Origin: Kiritimatiellia bacterium
GTDB lineage: Bacteria; Verrucomicrobiota; Kiritimatiellia; RFP12; UBA1067
Direction of reading: 5' to 3'
Length of the DNA stretch: 64,000 nt
NCBI GenBank assembly: GCA_050949565.1
Contig: JBMNFY010000017.1
Location: 832,001-896,000 of the forward strand
Below, one piece after another: positions 9,825 to 20,329 of this stretch. The translations under genes and the position numbers were made by a program. Positions within the stretch are counted from its first letter, which is position 1. Each line of letters opens with the position of its first letter. The notes below the pieces were generated by a model. It was not told where the DNA came from. It made no database searches and saw only the letters and a list, made by a program, of their open reading frames with translations.

Positions 9825-10970
9825 ATGCGAGGGGAGTTTACCAGTTGGGGAGCGGGCATCTTATGCGGTATGCTCGCGTTCGGGCCGATGGCACATGACG
9901 CTTGCGCGAATGGCCGCAGCGTGCCGGTCATTGCGACCTTCTCCGACGATACCTTGGTTGAAGGTGAAGCGCGCGTAATCGGGTCGCGCCCGCTGACGTT
10001 GGTTCTGCTGGGCGAGAACCGCCAGCGCATGTTCACCCTCGCGGATCTGGCTGATGTCGAGCAGATCGTTGAGCAGGCAAGCATGGAGCGTCCGTGGACC
10101 TTTAAGGAGGCGGGGCGTCCCGAAAAAGTTTATCTCGAAGGCGAGTATCCGCTCGTCAACTTCCTGACGCGCCTCACGCTGGTCAACGGCAGCGTAGTAA
10201 CCGGCCATGTGATTTCAGCCGCGCTGGAACTCAGGGGGCCGACGGGCAAGAAAAAGATTTTTCTGCAACGCCAGATCAAAGGAACGAAAACCGAGACGCT
10301 CAACGATCTGGTCTACCTCCGTACGCTCCGCATGCCGCATGCCGCGATCGCGGACGGCCGTCCGATCCACGGACGTGTCGAAGGATTCGGTACCGTGATA
10401 TCGGTCTCCGCACTGGACACCCTGCGCGGCCACATGCTCTTCGCACGCGTCACCGACGGCACGCGCTTTGATTTCGGCACGCTCCTGCCCGGACGCTACG
10501 ACCTGTGCGTGCTGACCGACACCCACGCGCTGACCGGCTTGTCGGATGCCGTGCCGTCAGAAGCCGCCAACGGTGCGCCGTTGCAAAAAGGCGACTTGGA
10601 CGCAATCCATGCAAAGTTTCCGCTGGCGGACGATTTTTTCAACGACCGCTGGATCCTGCGTCTCGGCGGCAACCGCGCGCACGCCAAGGCGTTGGTCTAC
10701 AAACGGCGCGCGGATTATTACGAGGCAGCGCGCTGGACGCCGGGCGGCTTTCTCTGGCATCTGGAGGTCTGGACCTGGCACTTCGCTGAGCCCGACTGGA
10801 AGGTCGACCGCCGCCATATTCTCATCCGGCACAAACAGAAGGGCGGCGAGCGCAACCGGACGCTCCTGCTTAACGAACGACTCGGCGCCGTGACTCCCGG
10901 TACCGAGCTTCACCTTCAGGCAAACGAGGCACCTGATGGCACATGGCAAATTATACGCACTCTTGACTAG
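9825..10970 (+). CDS. Secreted hypothetical protein
   Basis: Long ORF with an N-terminal signal-like stretch; overlaps the next gene; start uncertain. Confidence 0.65.
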   Translation: MRGEFTSWGAGILCGMLAFGPMAHDACANGRSVPVIATFSDDTLVEGEARVIGSRPLTLVLLGENRQRMFTLADLADVEQIVEQASMERPWTFKEAGRPEKVYLEGEYPLVNFLTRLTLVNGSVVTGHVISAALELRGPTGKKKIFLQRQIKGTKTETLNDLVYLRTLRMPHAAIADGRPIHGRVEGFGTVISVSALDTLRGHMLFARVTDGTRFDFGTLLPGRYDLCVLTDTHALTGLSDAVPSEAANGAPLQKGDLDAIHAKFPLADDFFNDRWILRLGGNRAHAKALVYKRRADYYEAARWTPGGFLWHLEVWTWHFAEPDWKVDRRHILIRHKQKGGERNRTLLLNERLGAVTPGTELHLQANEAPDGTWQIIRTLD

Positions 10971-13900
10971 GGCCGCGATTCACCGCCGCCTCAGTCTTTC
11001 GCTCCGCCTCGCGCTGCTCGCGGGCGCGGCGTTGCCGGTTTGGCTTCTGTTGCTCTGCGTCGCTGACAACCTCTTCAACCTGCCGCCACACCTGCGGAGC
11101 GTCTTGATGCTCGGCTCGCTGGCCGCAATCGTAATCGGCTTGGTGTATCTGATCTGGCGCTTTGGTTTCCGGTCGATCGACCCCGCGCGCACGGCGGTGT
11201 ATCTGGAGCAGCGCTTCGGCATCGCCGACAACCGTCTGATCAACGCCGTGCATTTCGATCGCGATCCCGCGTTGCCGGGCGAGGTCAAAGAGGTCTTTCT
11301 GAACGCAGCGGAACAGGGGTGCCGTCGCCTGCCGCTGCGCCGCATTTGGCAACACGCGCGGCTATGGCCGGCGCTCAAGCTGTTTGCCGCCGGTCTGCTG
11401 CTGTTTCTGGCGTATGTGATTCCGTTCGGTGCCCACGCGCGCAATGCGTTTTTACGTTTTCTCAATCCGACAACCTCGCTGACGCCCCTCAACTCCACGC
11501 AGTTCTCCGTGACCCCGGGCGACACCGAGATCATCGAAGGCGCTATTTGCCCGATCCGCGCAACAGCCAATAAATTTGATCGTCCGGTCGCCGGACTCGA
11601 CATCGTGGTGGATGACGGCGGCACGCCCCTGCTCTATCCGATGCGCGCAGAGGGCGACGGTTTCGCGTTTGACCTGCGCGACCTGTCGCGCGACACCCGC
11701 TACGCGCTGAAAAACGGCAACGACCGCAGTCGCTGGTATACGGTGTCTGTCATCGGCCGACCGCGTCTCGACGGGTTCACGCTGACCGTCACGCCTCCCG
11801 CCTACACTGGCGAACAACCTTTCACGCTTGAGGCGTCCGCGCGCGAGGCGTCTCTGCTGAAAGGCTCGCATGTGCAGATCCACGCCGGCACCAAAACCGG
11901 CGAGCGTGCGGCGTTCTTCCGCGATGGTCAGCCCATGAAGCCCGAGGCCGATGCCAAACCGGAAGCGTGCGCGTTTGATGTCACGGCGGACACCGAGCTC
12001 TCGCTGGATGTCACCGACGCGCGCGGCCTTACCCATACCGGCGTCTGGCGGTGCCGCATCACTGCGGTGCCGGACGCGCCGCCCGAGGTGCGTCTGACCA
12101 ACCGTGAGTTGAACATGCAGGCCGGTATCGGGCAGAGCGTGCCGTTGAATATCGAAGAACGCGATGACTACGGCCTGACCGCGCTGGAAATCTTCACCGT
12201 GCGCAACCAAGAAGAGACCGTGCTGAAACGGATCGACTATCGCGCGCGTTCGCGCACTCGCACCGAGGCGTGCATCATCCCGATCACCGAAGACCTTTTC
12301 GCCCGCAATGCCAGCTACAAGCTCTGGGCGCGCGTCTTCGACAACCACCAGCCGGCGCAGACAGGCACCGTGCTGACCCCGCTCACGCTGCACGTGGCCG
12401 ACCTCGCCAAAACGCTGTCTGCGGACGACACCGATGATCCGCATGCACGGCTTTTCGCCGCCTTGCATCGGGCGCTCGACCGGCAAAAAAGTTTGCGCGA
12501 CTGGGTCGCCGTGCGTATCGAGCGCGACCGGCGCGAAAGGATCAGCCCGGAACTCCAGAAGCGCCAGAAAGAGGTCCATGATCGCATCATGCAGGGCACG
12601 ACCCTCGCCGACGGCCTGTACCGCCGCTCGAAACTGAAGAAGGGGCTTTACGACAGCATCGTGTCACTCAAAAGCGCCCACTCCGACCCGCTCATGAAGT
12701 TGATTCCGGTCGTCGCGGGACTTGACGAAGAAGGGCGGCAAGCCGGGCTCAACGGCATTGTGCTCAAGCAGACCGAGTTGGTGACCGCGCTGCAGCGGAT
12801 CCTTGGCGCGGTCAATCAAGACAAAGCGCGGGCGGATCTCCAGCAGGCGCAGCTTGAGAACGAGACGCAGGATCAGAAGCTGGTCGAAAAGTTGGAGGCA
12901 CTCAAAAAAGACCTCTCGGCCTTTCAGGACGAACAGCGCAAGATCATGGCGGACCTTGAGGCGATCGATAAAAAAGAGCCCGAAGACTGGACCGAGGCCG
13001 AAGAGAAACTGCTGGGTGATCTGGCCGCGCGCCAACAGGATTTCGCGCGCTTCTTTCAGGCGGCGTTCAACGACCTCTCCAAAGTCGAGAATCAGGACTT
13101 CTCCAATTCGGCCATGGCGGACGAGTTGATTGAGATGATCGAAGAACTGCAAAAGTCCGGGGCCGCGCTCGAACGCAAGCACATCGAGATCGCGACAGTG
13201 AATGAAGAGTTGCTGGGGCAGCAAGCCGAACGGATCGAGGCCAATTTGGAGCGCTGGCTTTCCGACTTCAAGGACTTCATCAAATGGAACGGCGAGGAGG
13301 GCGGTATCTTCCCGGACGTGCCGCTGCAGGATCTGCCCGAGGAACTGACAGACATTATCGGCGAACTGATCGACGACGTGAGCGACATGGATGATGTCGA
13401 GGATTCGACAGGCTCCTCGCTCAGCGCGATGGATGACGGACTGGGCTGGGGCGTGAGCGACGGCAACATGGACAACATGTCGGCGCGCGGTATCACCGGC
13501 AACGTCATGCCCAACAACAACGAGGTGGGTGGACGTTCCGGCGAGGGACGTTCCGGCAAATCCACCGGACAGTTCGTCGAGAAAGAAGCCACCGGCAAGG
13601 GCGGCCGCAACACGCCGACGCGCCTCGTGCAGTCGCCGTTCGAGAAGGGCACGGTCAGGGACACCTCCAAAGACCCGCAGGGCGGTGCCACCGGCGGCGG
13701 CAAACAGTCGGGCGTGGGCGGCGACGGGTTGCGCGGCATCACGCCGGATCAGAAACCGGACGTGCAGCAGCGGCTGCCGGGGCAGCAGGCTGAATTGAAG
13801 CAGAAGGCCGAGGCACTGCTGCGCGAGCTGACGGTGCGCAACCTCCCGACCGGCGATCTGGAAGAGGCCGTCAACAAAATGGAACTGATCCAGAAATTCC

Positions 13901-14136
13901 GCGCCACCGGACAGGGCCTTCAAGCGCGCCAAGTGCGGAGCGACCTGCTCAACAACCTGAAAGACGCGCAGGTGATCCTGAACACCCACGCGCGCGGCGG
14001 CACCGAACAGAACAGCGCGGCGGTTCGCCGGGCGTCCGCTTTCCGTTATCAGGGCACCGAACCGACACCCGAAGGGTACGAAGAGAGCGTGGACGCCTAT
14101 TTCCGCGCTCTGGCCGACCCCGATGCAGGAGAGTAA
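10936..14136 (+). CDS. Large membrane-anchored coiled-coil protein (DUF4175-like)
   Basis: Three N-terminal TM helices, Ig-like 'VTPPAYTG' and 'DAPPEV..DDYGL' segments, acidic coiled coil, C-terminal 'PEGYEESVDAYFRALA'. Confidence 0.75.
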   Translation: MAHGKLYALLTRAAIHRRLSLSLRLALLAGAALPVWLLLLCVADNLFNLPPHLRSVLMLGSLAAIVIGLVYLIWRFGFRSIDPARTAVYLEQRFGIADNRLINAVHFDRDPALPGEVKEVFLNAAEQGCRRLPLRRIWQHARLWPALKLFAAGLLLFLAYVIPFGAHARNAFLRFLNPTTSLTPLNSTQFSVTPGDTEIIEGAICPIRATANKFDRPVAGLDIVVDDGGTPLLYPMRAEGDGFAFDLRDLSRDTRYALKNGNDRSRWYTVSVIGRPRLDGFTLTVTPPAYTGEQPFTLEASAREASLLKGSHVQIHAGTKTGERAAFFRDGQPMKPEADAKPEACAFDVTADTELSLDVTDARGLTHTGVWRCRITAVPDAPPEVRLTNRELNMQAGIGQSVPLNIEERDDYGLTALEIFTVRNQEETVLKRIDYRARSRTRTEACIIPITEDLFARNASYKLWARVFDNHQPAQTGTVLTPLTLHVADLAKTLSADDTDDPHARLFAALHRALDRQKSLRDWVAVRIERDRRERISPELQKRQKEVHDRIMQGTTLADGLYRRSKLKKGLYDSIVSLKSAHSDPLMKLIPVVAGLDEEGRQAGLNGIVLKQTELVTALQRILGAVNQDKARADLQQAQLENETQDQKLVEKLEALKKDLSAFQDEQRKIMADLEAIDKKEPEDWTEAEEKLLGDLAARQQDFARFFQAAFNDLSKVENQDFSNSAMADELIEMIEELQKSGAALERKHIEIATVNEELLGQQAERIEANLERWLSDFKDFIKWNGEEGGIFPDVPLQDLPEELTDIIGELIDDVSDMDDVEDSTGSSLSAMDDGLGWGVSDGNMDNMSARGITGNVMPNNNEVGGRSGEGRSGKSTGQFVEKEATGKGGRNTPTRLVQSPFEKGTVRDTSKDPQGGATGGGKQSGVGGDGLRGITPDQKPDVQQRLPGQQAELKQKAEALLRELTVRNLPTGDLEEAVNKMELIQKFRATGQGLQARQVRSDLLNNLKDAQVILNTHARGGTEQNSAAVRRASAFRYQGTEPTPEGYEESVDAYFRALADPDAGE

Positions 14137-14144
14137 ACAAACCT

Positions 14145-14819
14145 ATGCGACTGACACACCTTTTCTGCGCCGTACTGCTGGCCTGCGCCGCGCATGCGGC
14201 ACCCGGCGAAAATCTGGTCAAGAACGGCAACTTCGATGAAGGCGAGAACAGGGCGACGCACTGGGAGGCGGCCAATGGGCTCACGACCTTCTTCGTCACA
14301 GAAGAGGGGCGCGGCCGGATCGTCAAGATGGACACCGGCGTCGACCGGCAGCAAGCGCTCGCATGGCACAAGGCATTTGCCGCCGACCCGACGCTGCCCC
14401 CGCCAGCCAAAACACCGATCGCGGCAGACAGTTACGGCAGCATCGGAGGCAATGAGGGCGTGATGCTGGATTCCGAACTGATCGACTGCGTGCCCGGTCA
14501 GGACTACCGGTTGACCGCAGACTTCAAGGGTGCCGGCAAACCCTTCGTCTGGATCAAGGGTTTCCTGTGGCATCCGACGCGCAAGACCTGGGTGGATGGA
14601 TACCAGACCCGTCTGGAACCGGCCCGCGTCAGTCCGGACACATGGAGCACGTTTTCGATCGGCTTCAATCCCACCGCCCGTTCCCCGCGCATCCAGAAGT
14701 TCAAGGTCAGGCTCTACGCCTATTGGCCGAACGGGCTCTACTACTTCGACAACATCCGCGTCGAAGCCATCACACCCGAAGAGATGAAGCAGTTGGTCGA
14801 GCAGCGGAGCGTACGGTAG
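14145..14819 (+). CDS. Secreted protein with carbohydrate-binding (CBM4/9-like jelly-roll) domain
   Basis: Signal peptide, 'ENLVKNGNFDEG' start and 'YYFDNIRVE' end typical of this fold. Confidence 0.65.
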   Translation: MRLTHLFCAVLLACAAHAAPGENLVKNGNFDEGENRATHWEAANGLTTFFVTEEGRGRIVKMDTGVDRQQALAWHKAFAADPTLPPPAKTPIAADSYGSIGGNEGVMLDSELIDCVPGQDYRLTADFKGAGKPFVWIKGFLWHPTRKTWVDGYQTRLEPARVSPDTWSTFSIGFNPTARSPRIQKFKVRLYAYWPNGLYYFDNIRVEAITPEEMKQLVEQRSVR

Positions 14820-14869
14820 AACGTGTAGTGATCGTAATCGGTTGGTGACAGGGGGAGCGAAGATCGTGA

Positions 14870-15330
14870 GTTCTCGGTGAAAAGGGGGGCAGGGAGTCGG
14901 ATCGGGCGTCCCCGCCCGCAACAACGTGTCTTGCAAAAGGGTGTGGCACGGGCATCTTGCCCGTGTTCCATGGTTTCATTTTTTGACATGATTTGGAGGG
15001 CGAGTGTCCCCACGAGCCGCCTTCCGCCGTGCGGAAGGATGGTTTCAGGTTTCATTGCGGAGCACTGGGAGGGGCAAGCGTCTGCTTGCCTGCGGACGAG
15101 CAGACGCTCGTCCCTCCCCGGCGGCGGCCCCGCCACCCCGTAACTTTCAACTTTCAACGCTCAACTTCCAACTCTCAACTTTCAGCGGGCGAGGACGCCC
15201 GCTCCCGACTGCGCACACACAAAACACGCTCTCGACTCGCATGCCCCCTGTCACTTGCCTATAACTTGAGCGTTAAACGTTAACTCAGAACGCTGAACGT
15301 CGAACTCAGAACGTTTAAGTAGAAAACGCC
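14870..15330. repeat. Mosaic REP/microrepeat cluster
   Basis: 14876-15040 is colinear with 2682-2840; TTCAAC-type heptamer runs at 15143-15185; 15255-15315 matches 51823-51890. Confidence 0.85.
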
Positions 15331-15397
15331 TTGCCTATCACTTACACCGATCAAAGTTATCCTCATTTACATTCCCGTGCGAAACGCGGGCAGCGAG

Positions 15398-17177
15398 CTA
15401 ACTCGTTTCGTGCGTCGGGGCGGGACTGGAGCCGGTGAGATCGACCATAACGGGCGCGATGGCCTGAACGGCATCGCGGTCGATCTGGCGGATCGATTCG
15501 TCAAGCTCTTCCCACGGCACCAGATGCGGACTCGTGCGGTGTGCGATGTTCTTGGGCGGCGGCGCGTATGTCCAGCCAGCGAGTCGGCGCTCGGCGTACC
15601 ACCGCGCATGCTCCATTCTGGCGAGAATCTCGACCTGCTTGTCGTTGAACGCGACCGGGTGCGAGTGCCCGGCGGCCTCGGGCGGGATGCCCGCCGTCAG
15701 TAGCTTCACCTTCAGATGCTCGGCCTGTTCGCAATTGGATTCCCGCAACGATTCGTCGAGCGCCTCCCACTTCTTCATCGACGGATCGGAATCCGGCACG
15801 CCCGCCTTGGCGCGGTTGGCGACGTACGCCCGGTGGAATTCGCGCGCGAAACGGAACAGCCGATTCTCCAGCACGACGTCGACCGAGCAACACTCCGTGA
15901 CAAGTCCGAACGCCTCAATGCGGCGCGCCAGCGCGGCTTCGGACTTTTCGTCCTCTCAGGATTTCGGCGAGCCCTGCGGAAGTCGACAGCCTGACGAAAA
16001 TGGGAATGTCGGTCGCGGAGAGATGGAGGGCTGTCTGGAGCGCGGTCACGAAGTTACCGTGGTCATCGTCCGCGCAGATCACGACGATACCGATGTCGTC
16101 CGGGCTGGACAGGCGCTGCGCGATGCGGCACTGGGTATCGGCGGCACTCATCTCCCCGTCGATCCAGCCGATTTCGCAGAGGGATTCCAGAGCCGGATGC
16201 CGCTGCGCGAGACGCTCGCGAACGCGGTCCGCCTGCAGGTCGACGAGGGTGAAGGCAGGTTTGCGGCCGTTGGCGAAGTGGGCGGACTTGATCACCCGCA
16301 GCATCACGGCCTCGCCCATCTCCCCCATGCCTGCGATGGCGACATGGAACCGCCTGGGATCGTTCGGGGCGGTAGGGGCACGCCGAATCAGTTCGCGCTG
16401 CCAGAACAGCCGTGCGGCGTTGTCGTAGACATTGAACATTCGCACGGAGATGTAGGCGGAGTAGTCCTTGAAGACGGAGTGGTTGCGGAACAGATCCCCG
16501 GCATGGCGGTCCACCATGTGAACATGGCAGACCGGCTTGCCCCGCCGACCGGCGGAATCATGCGACCGCGCCTGTTGGATGACTTGCGAGGCAGTCTCGA
16601 TGTTGACGCTGTCGTTGCCGGTCATGACGAAGATGTGCGCAGCATGGCGAACCTGCGCTCTTGCGAGGATCTCGGCTCGCGTGGCGTCGCCTTGGATGAC
16701 GAAGAAGCGGGAGAAGACGCCGCAAGCCGGAAGCGGCTTGTCCGTCTTGAGGTCGATGGCGACGACCGGCATCCCGGCGCACAGGAGGTCGCGGATCAGC
16801 GCCTCGGCCTTCTTCCCCGCGCCGCAGACGACGGCGTGTCCGCGAAGGCGGGCAAGGCGCAGGGCGCAGATTTCGTTGCGGCAGATCCCAGCCAGGGCAA
16901 GCAGGGCGGCGGAGGCAGTGAAGAGAAGGGCGAGGGAGCGCCCGACCACGAGCGGGGCGGGCGAACTGCCAACCACCGGCACGTTGAACTCCAAACCGAA
17001 AAGCTGGAAGGACATGTAGGCGAGATCCCACCAGGGGAGCTGCTTGCCCACCTCCCGGTAACACTGGTCGTAGCCTACGTATCCCAGAATCCAGGCCGCA
17101 AGAAAGAGCAACGCGACCAGCGCGAACCCCAGCCGCCTCGCTTTGGAGTCGTCTTTGTTTGATGATGGGTTGTTCAC
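15398..17177 (-). pseudogene. Membrane protein with TrkA-N (NAD-binding) and RyR domains, frameshifted near 15955
   Basis: TM helices, 'AVVCGAG', 'IQGDAT'; downstream ORF has the RyR motif 'LARMEHARWYAERRLAGWTY...HLVPWEEL'; reading continues as EDEKSEAALARRIEAFG in another frame. Confidence 0.75.
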
Positions 17178-17208
17178 GGTATGGATCCCTCGATCGGGTT
17201 GGATACAC

Positions 17209-18523
17209 CTACGGCTCCAGCGCCGTGAGACGGTAGAAGCGCCGGGCATGCCCCGGGAGCGGCTGCTCCATGAAAATCAGGCTGGTGTTGGTTGCCGCGA
17301 CCACGGTGGATTCCGCCCAGACGGTGAGGTTGGAGGAGACCTCCACCCGGTACGCCACCTGCGGCTCGGCGCGCGCCGCGAGCGCCAGCATGCCGTCCGC
17401 CGACCAGGCCAGGTTGGTCCAGGCCGGACGCGGCAGGGGCGACGGGACGAAGGCGAAACGGCTGATGACGACCTCCTCGTCCTTCCCGTCGGTTGTGCCG
17501 GCGGTGTTGCAGAGCCAGAGGTTGATGCGGTAGTTCTCGCCGCCGGGCTGCGGCAGACCGTCGCCGGCGAAGGACCATGCCGCGATCTCGCCCCCTGCCG
17601 GTGACGTCGGGATGACGTGCCCGCCGTAGGTGGCGAAATCAATCCGGTTCGTGCGCCAGGAAAAGCTATAGGTCGCGTTCGTCACGTCGGGCGGTACGCG
17701 GAAACGGGTCAGATGCCCCGGCGGCTGTCACGGTTGCACGACGTACTGCGCGTTGTTCGCATCGGATGCGTTGTCCCACCGCGAGAGTTCGATGTCGATC
17801 TCCCGGTGCGTGTAGGGGGCGTCGTCGTTCCAGGTGAAGAGGCCGAGCACGGCGCGCGCATCGAGCGCGTCGGCGGCCGTGTCCGCGAAAATCCGGTAGG
17901 TCCCGTGGCCGAAACTGCGCACCGAGACCACCTCGGCGCACGACCAGACGCCGTTCCGGCGGCAGATCTTCAGGTGCAGCCGCCCCTGCGCATCCACCCA
18001 GACGTTGCCCGTGCTGTCCGAAAAGACATTGTCCCCCGGCCCGGTCGTCTGGCCGCGCGAATCCTTGACCGACCATTCGTAGCCTGAGAACCAGATCCGC
18101 CGCGTGTAGGGCCGGGTCGCGCGCACCGAGGCGACGGCATTCGCGGCCAGTTCGTCCGGAAGCTGCGGCCAGCCCTCGGCCAGCGGCGGCGCATAGTCAC
18201 GGGGCACCACGTAGGCGGCAAGCTGCGTGGCGTAGATGTCCGAGCCGCCGGTCGTGATGTCACATGTCCAGGTGCCGTCCGACGCGATTGGCGAGAGCGG
18301 CGCCGCGAAGCTCGGCTTGGTCCACCACCCATCGACGAAAATGTAAACCGCCACGGCATGTGTCGCACAATCAACATTCTCGACGCGCCCGGCCAGATTT
18401 TCCGTTGACCCGTAAGGCGGCACATGGGTGAACGCCACCTGCGGCTCCGCGGCAGTGGCGAACCCGGCGATCAGCATGAACGCCGCTGCCGCGCTGACAA
18501 TTCTATGACATGCATTCATCATG
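17209..18523 (-). pseudogene. Secreted GH16 glycoside hydrolase with an internal in-frame TGA at 17728-17730
   Basis: GH16 catalytic 'REIDIELSRW'; both ORFs share one frame, reading YVVQP*QPPGH; 'RINLW'; C-terminal '...RRFYRL' domain. Confidence 0.8.
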
Positions 18524-18594
18524 GTGAGATGGTAGCCACTTCGTGTGGATTCTGCAAGCAGGCGTTTTGGTTGATTCGTTTGGAATGGCATGGA

Positions 18595-18850
18595 TCGAGT
18601 TTATTTAACGCAGAGGCGCAGAGACGCAGAGGTTTTTTGGGGGGGCATTGCTCGGTTTTTCGGAACCGCCGAGACGCCAAGGTTTTCGTGAAGTTTCATG
18701 GTTCGGGTTTTTCACCACGAAGGCACAAAGAACACGAAGGGTTTCTGAGGGTTCGTATGAACCACGAGATGCACTCAACAAACAAAAAGCGAAAAACATT
18801 GCTTGCTGTGCCTTCCAAACACACGCCCGACTCGCATCCCCTGTCACTAG
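18595..18850. repeat. 8-9 bp microrepeat cluster
   Basis: AACGCAGAGGCGCAGAGACGCAGAG (similar at 48681 and 58963); CACCACGAAGGCACAAAGAACACGAAG. Confidence 0.75.
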
Positions 18851-18965
18851 CCGGTGTCACTAGCGGTTACAGTGAAGGCTAGGCATGGAATAACTCTTTG
18901 TGGTACCATGCGAATTGATGGGCGTTGCTGTGCCCGCATCATCCATAAATCCAAGGTTTAAAATC

Positions 18966-20294
18966 ATGTCCACGACAATCGATCCCTCCACACTGAAAAT
19001 CACCGACATGCGTTTTGCCGATATCGACGGCGCGCCCAAACGCTGTACACTCATCAAGATCTACACCAACCAAGGATTGATCGGCTACGGCGAGGTGCGC
19101 GACGCTTCGAGCCGCACCTACGCCGCAATGCTCAAGAGCCGCATCCTCGGTGAGAACCCCTGCAATGTGGAAAAGATCTTCCGCCGCATCAAGCAGTTCG
19201 GCGGCCACTCGCGTCAGGCCGGCGGTGTCTGCGGCATTGAGGTGGCGCTCTGGGACTTGGCAGGCAAGGCATGGGGCGTGCCGGTGTGGCAACTCCTCGG
19301 CGGCAAGTTCCGCGACACCGTGCGCATCTACTGCGATACCGACTCCGAAGGTGGCGGCCGTGACATGGGCAAAGCGCTCAAGGAACGCATGGCGCAGGGT
19401 TTCACCTACCTCAAAATGGACCTCGGCATTGAATTGCTTATGGACAAACCCGGCTGTCTCAGCGCACCCGGCGGCTTCCTTGAGACCATGCGCCACTACA
19501 AGAAGACCGTCTTCAGCACGCCGCACGGTTCGATCGATCCGCGCGCCATGCGCGGTGAAGCGTACGACCTCTTCAGCACTGCCCACCCCTTCACCGGTAT
19601 CCACATCACCGAGCAGGGGCTCGACTTCCTCGAGCAGTATATGGCCGACGTGCGCGCTGAAATCGGTTACGAGATCCCGCTCGCCATCGACCACATCGGT
19701 CATGTTCCGTTGGAAGACTGCATCAAACTGGCTAAGCGTTTGGAGAAGTTCAATCTGGCGTGGATGGAAGACCCGGTGCCGTGGCAACTGACCGAGCAGT
19801 ATGTCCGGCTCGCAAACGCCACCACGACGCCGATCGCCACCGGCGAGGACATCTACCTCAAAGAGAACTTCATGCCCCTGTTCAAGTCGGGCGGCATCGC
19901 GGTGGTTCATCCTGACGTGCTCTCTGCCGGTGGCATTATGGAGACCAAAAAGATCGGTGATCTCGCTGAAGACCACGGTGTCGCCATGGCGATCCACATG
20001 GCCGAGAGCCCGATCGCCTGCATGGCCGCCGTGCATGTGGCCGCCGCCACGCGCAACTTCACCGCGCTGGAGGTACACTCTGTCGATGTGCCGTGGTGGG
20101 AGGATCTGGTGGCCGGGCCACCCAAGCCGCTCATCAAGGACGGCTTTATCGCGGTTCCCAACGCCCCCGGCCTCGGTATCGAGGCGCTCAACGAGGAACT
20201 CATCAAAGAGAAGAGCCACCCGCAATTTCCTGAGCCCTGGACCTCTACCGAACAGTGGGATGCCGAGTGGGCCAATGATCGTCAATGGAGTTGA
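18966..20294 (+). CDS. Mandelate racemase/muconate lactonizing enzyme family protein (probable sugar-acid dehydratase)
   Basis: 'GIEVALWDLAGKA', 'YLKMD', 'WMEDP', 'ATGED', 'HPD..GGI.ETKKI'. Confidence 0.9.
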   Translation: MSTTIDPSTLKITDMRFADIDGAPKRCTLIKIYTNQGLIGYGEVRDASSRTYAAMLKSRILGENPCNVEKIFRRIKQFGGHSRQAGGVCGIEVALWDLAGKAWGVPVWQLLGGKFRDTVRIYCDTDSEGGGRDMGKALKERMAQGFTYLKMDLGIELLMDKPGCLSAPGGFLETMRHYKKTVFSTPHGSIDPRAMRGEAYDLFSTAHPFTGIHITEQGLDFLEQYMADVRAEIGYEIPLAIDHIGHVPLEDCIKLAKRLEKFNLAWMEDPVPWQLTEQYVRLANATTTPIATGEDIYLKENFMPLFKSGGIAVVHPDVLSAGGIMETKKIGDLAEDHGVAMAIHMAESPIACMAAVHVAAATRNFTALEVHSVDVPWWEDLVAGPPKPLIKDGFIAVPNAPGLGIEALNEELIKEKSHPQFPEPWTSTEQWDAEWANDRQWS

Positions 20295-20329
20295 GTTGAC
20301 GATCTCGAGCTGACGCTTCCCTGTGAAAA

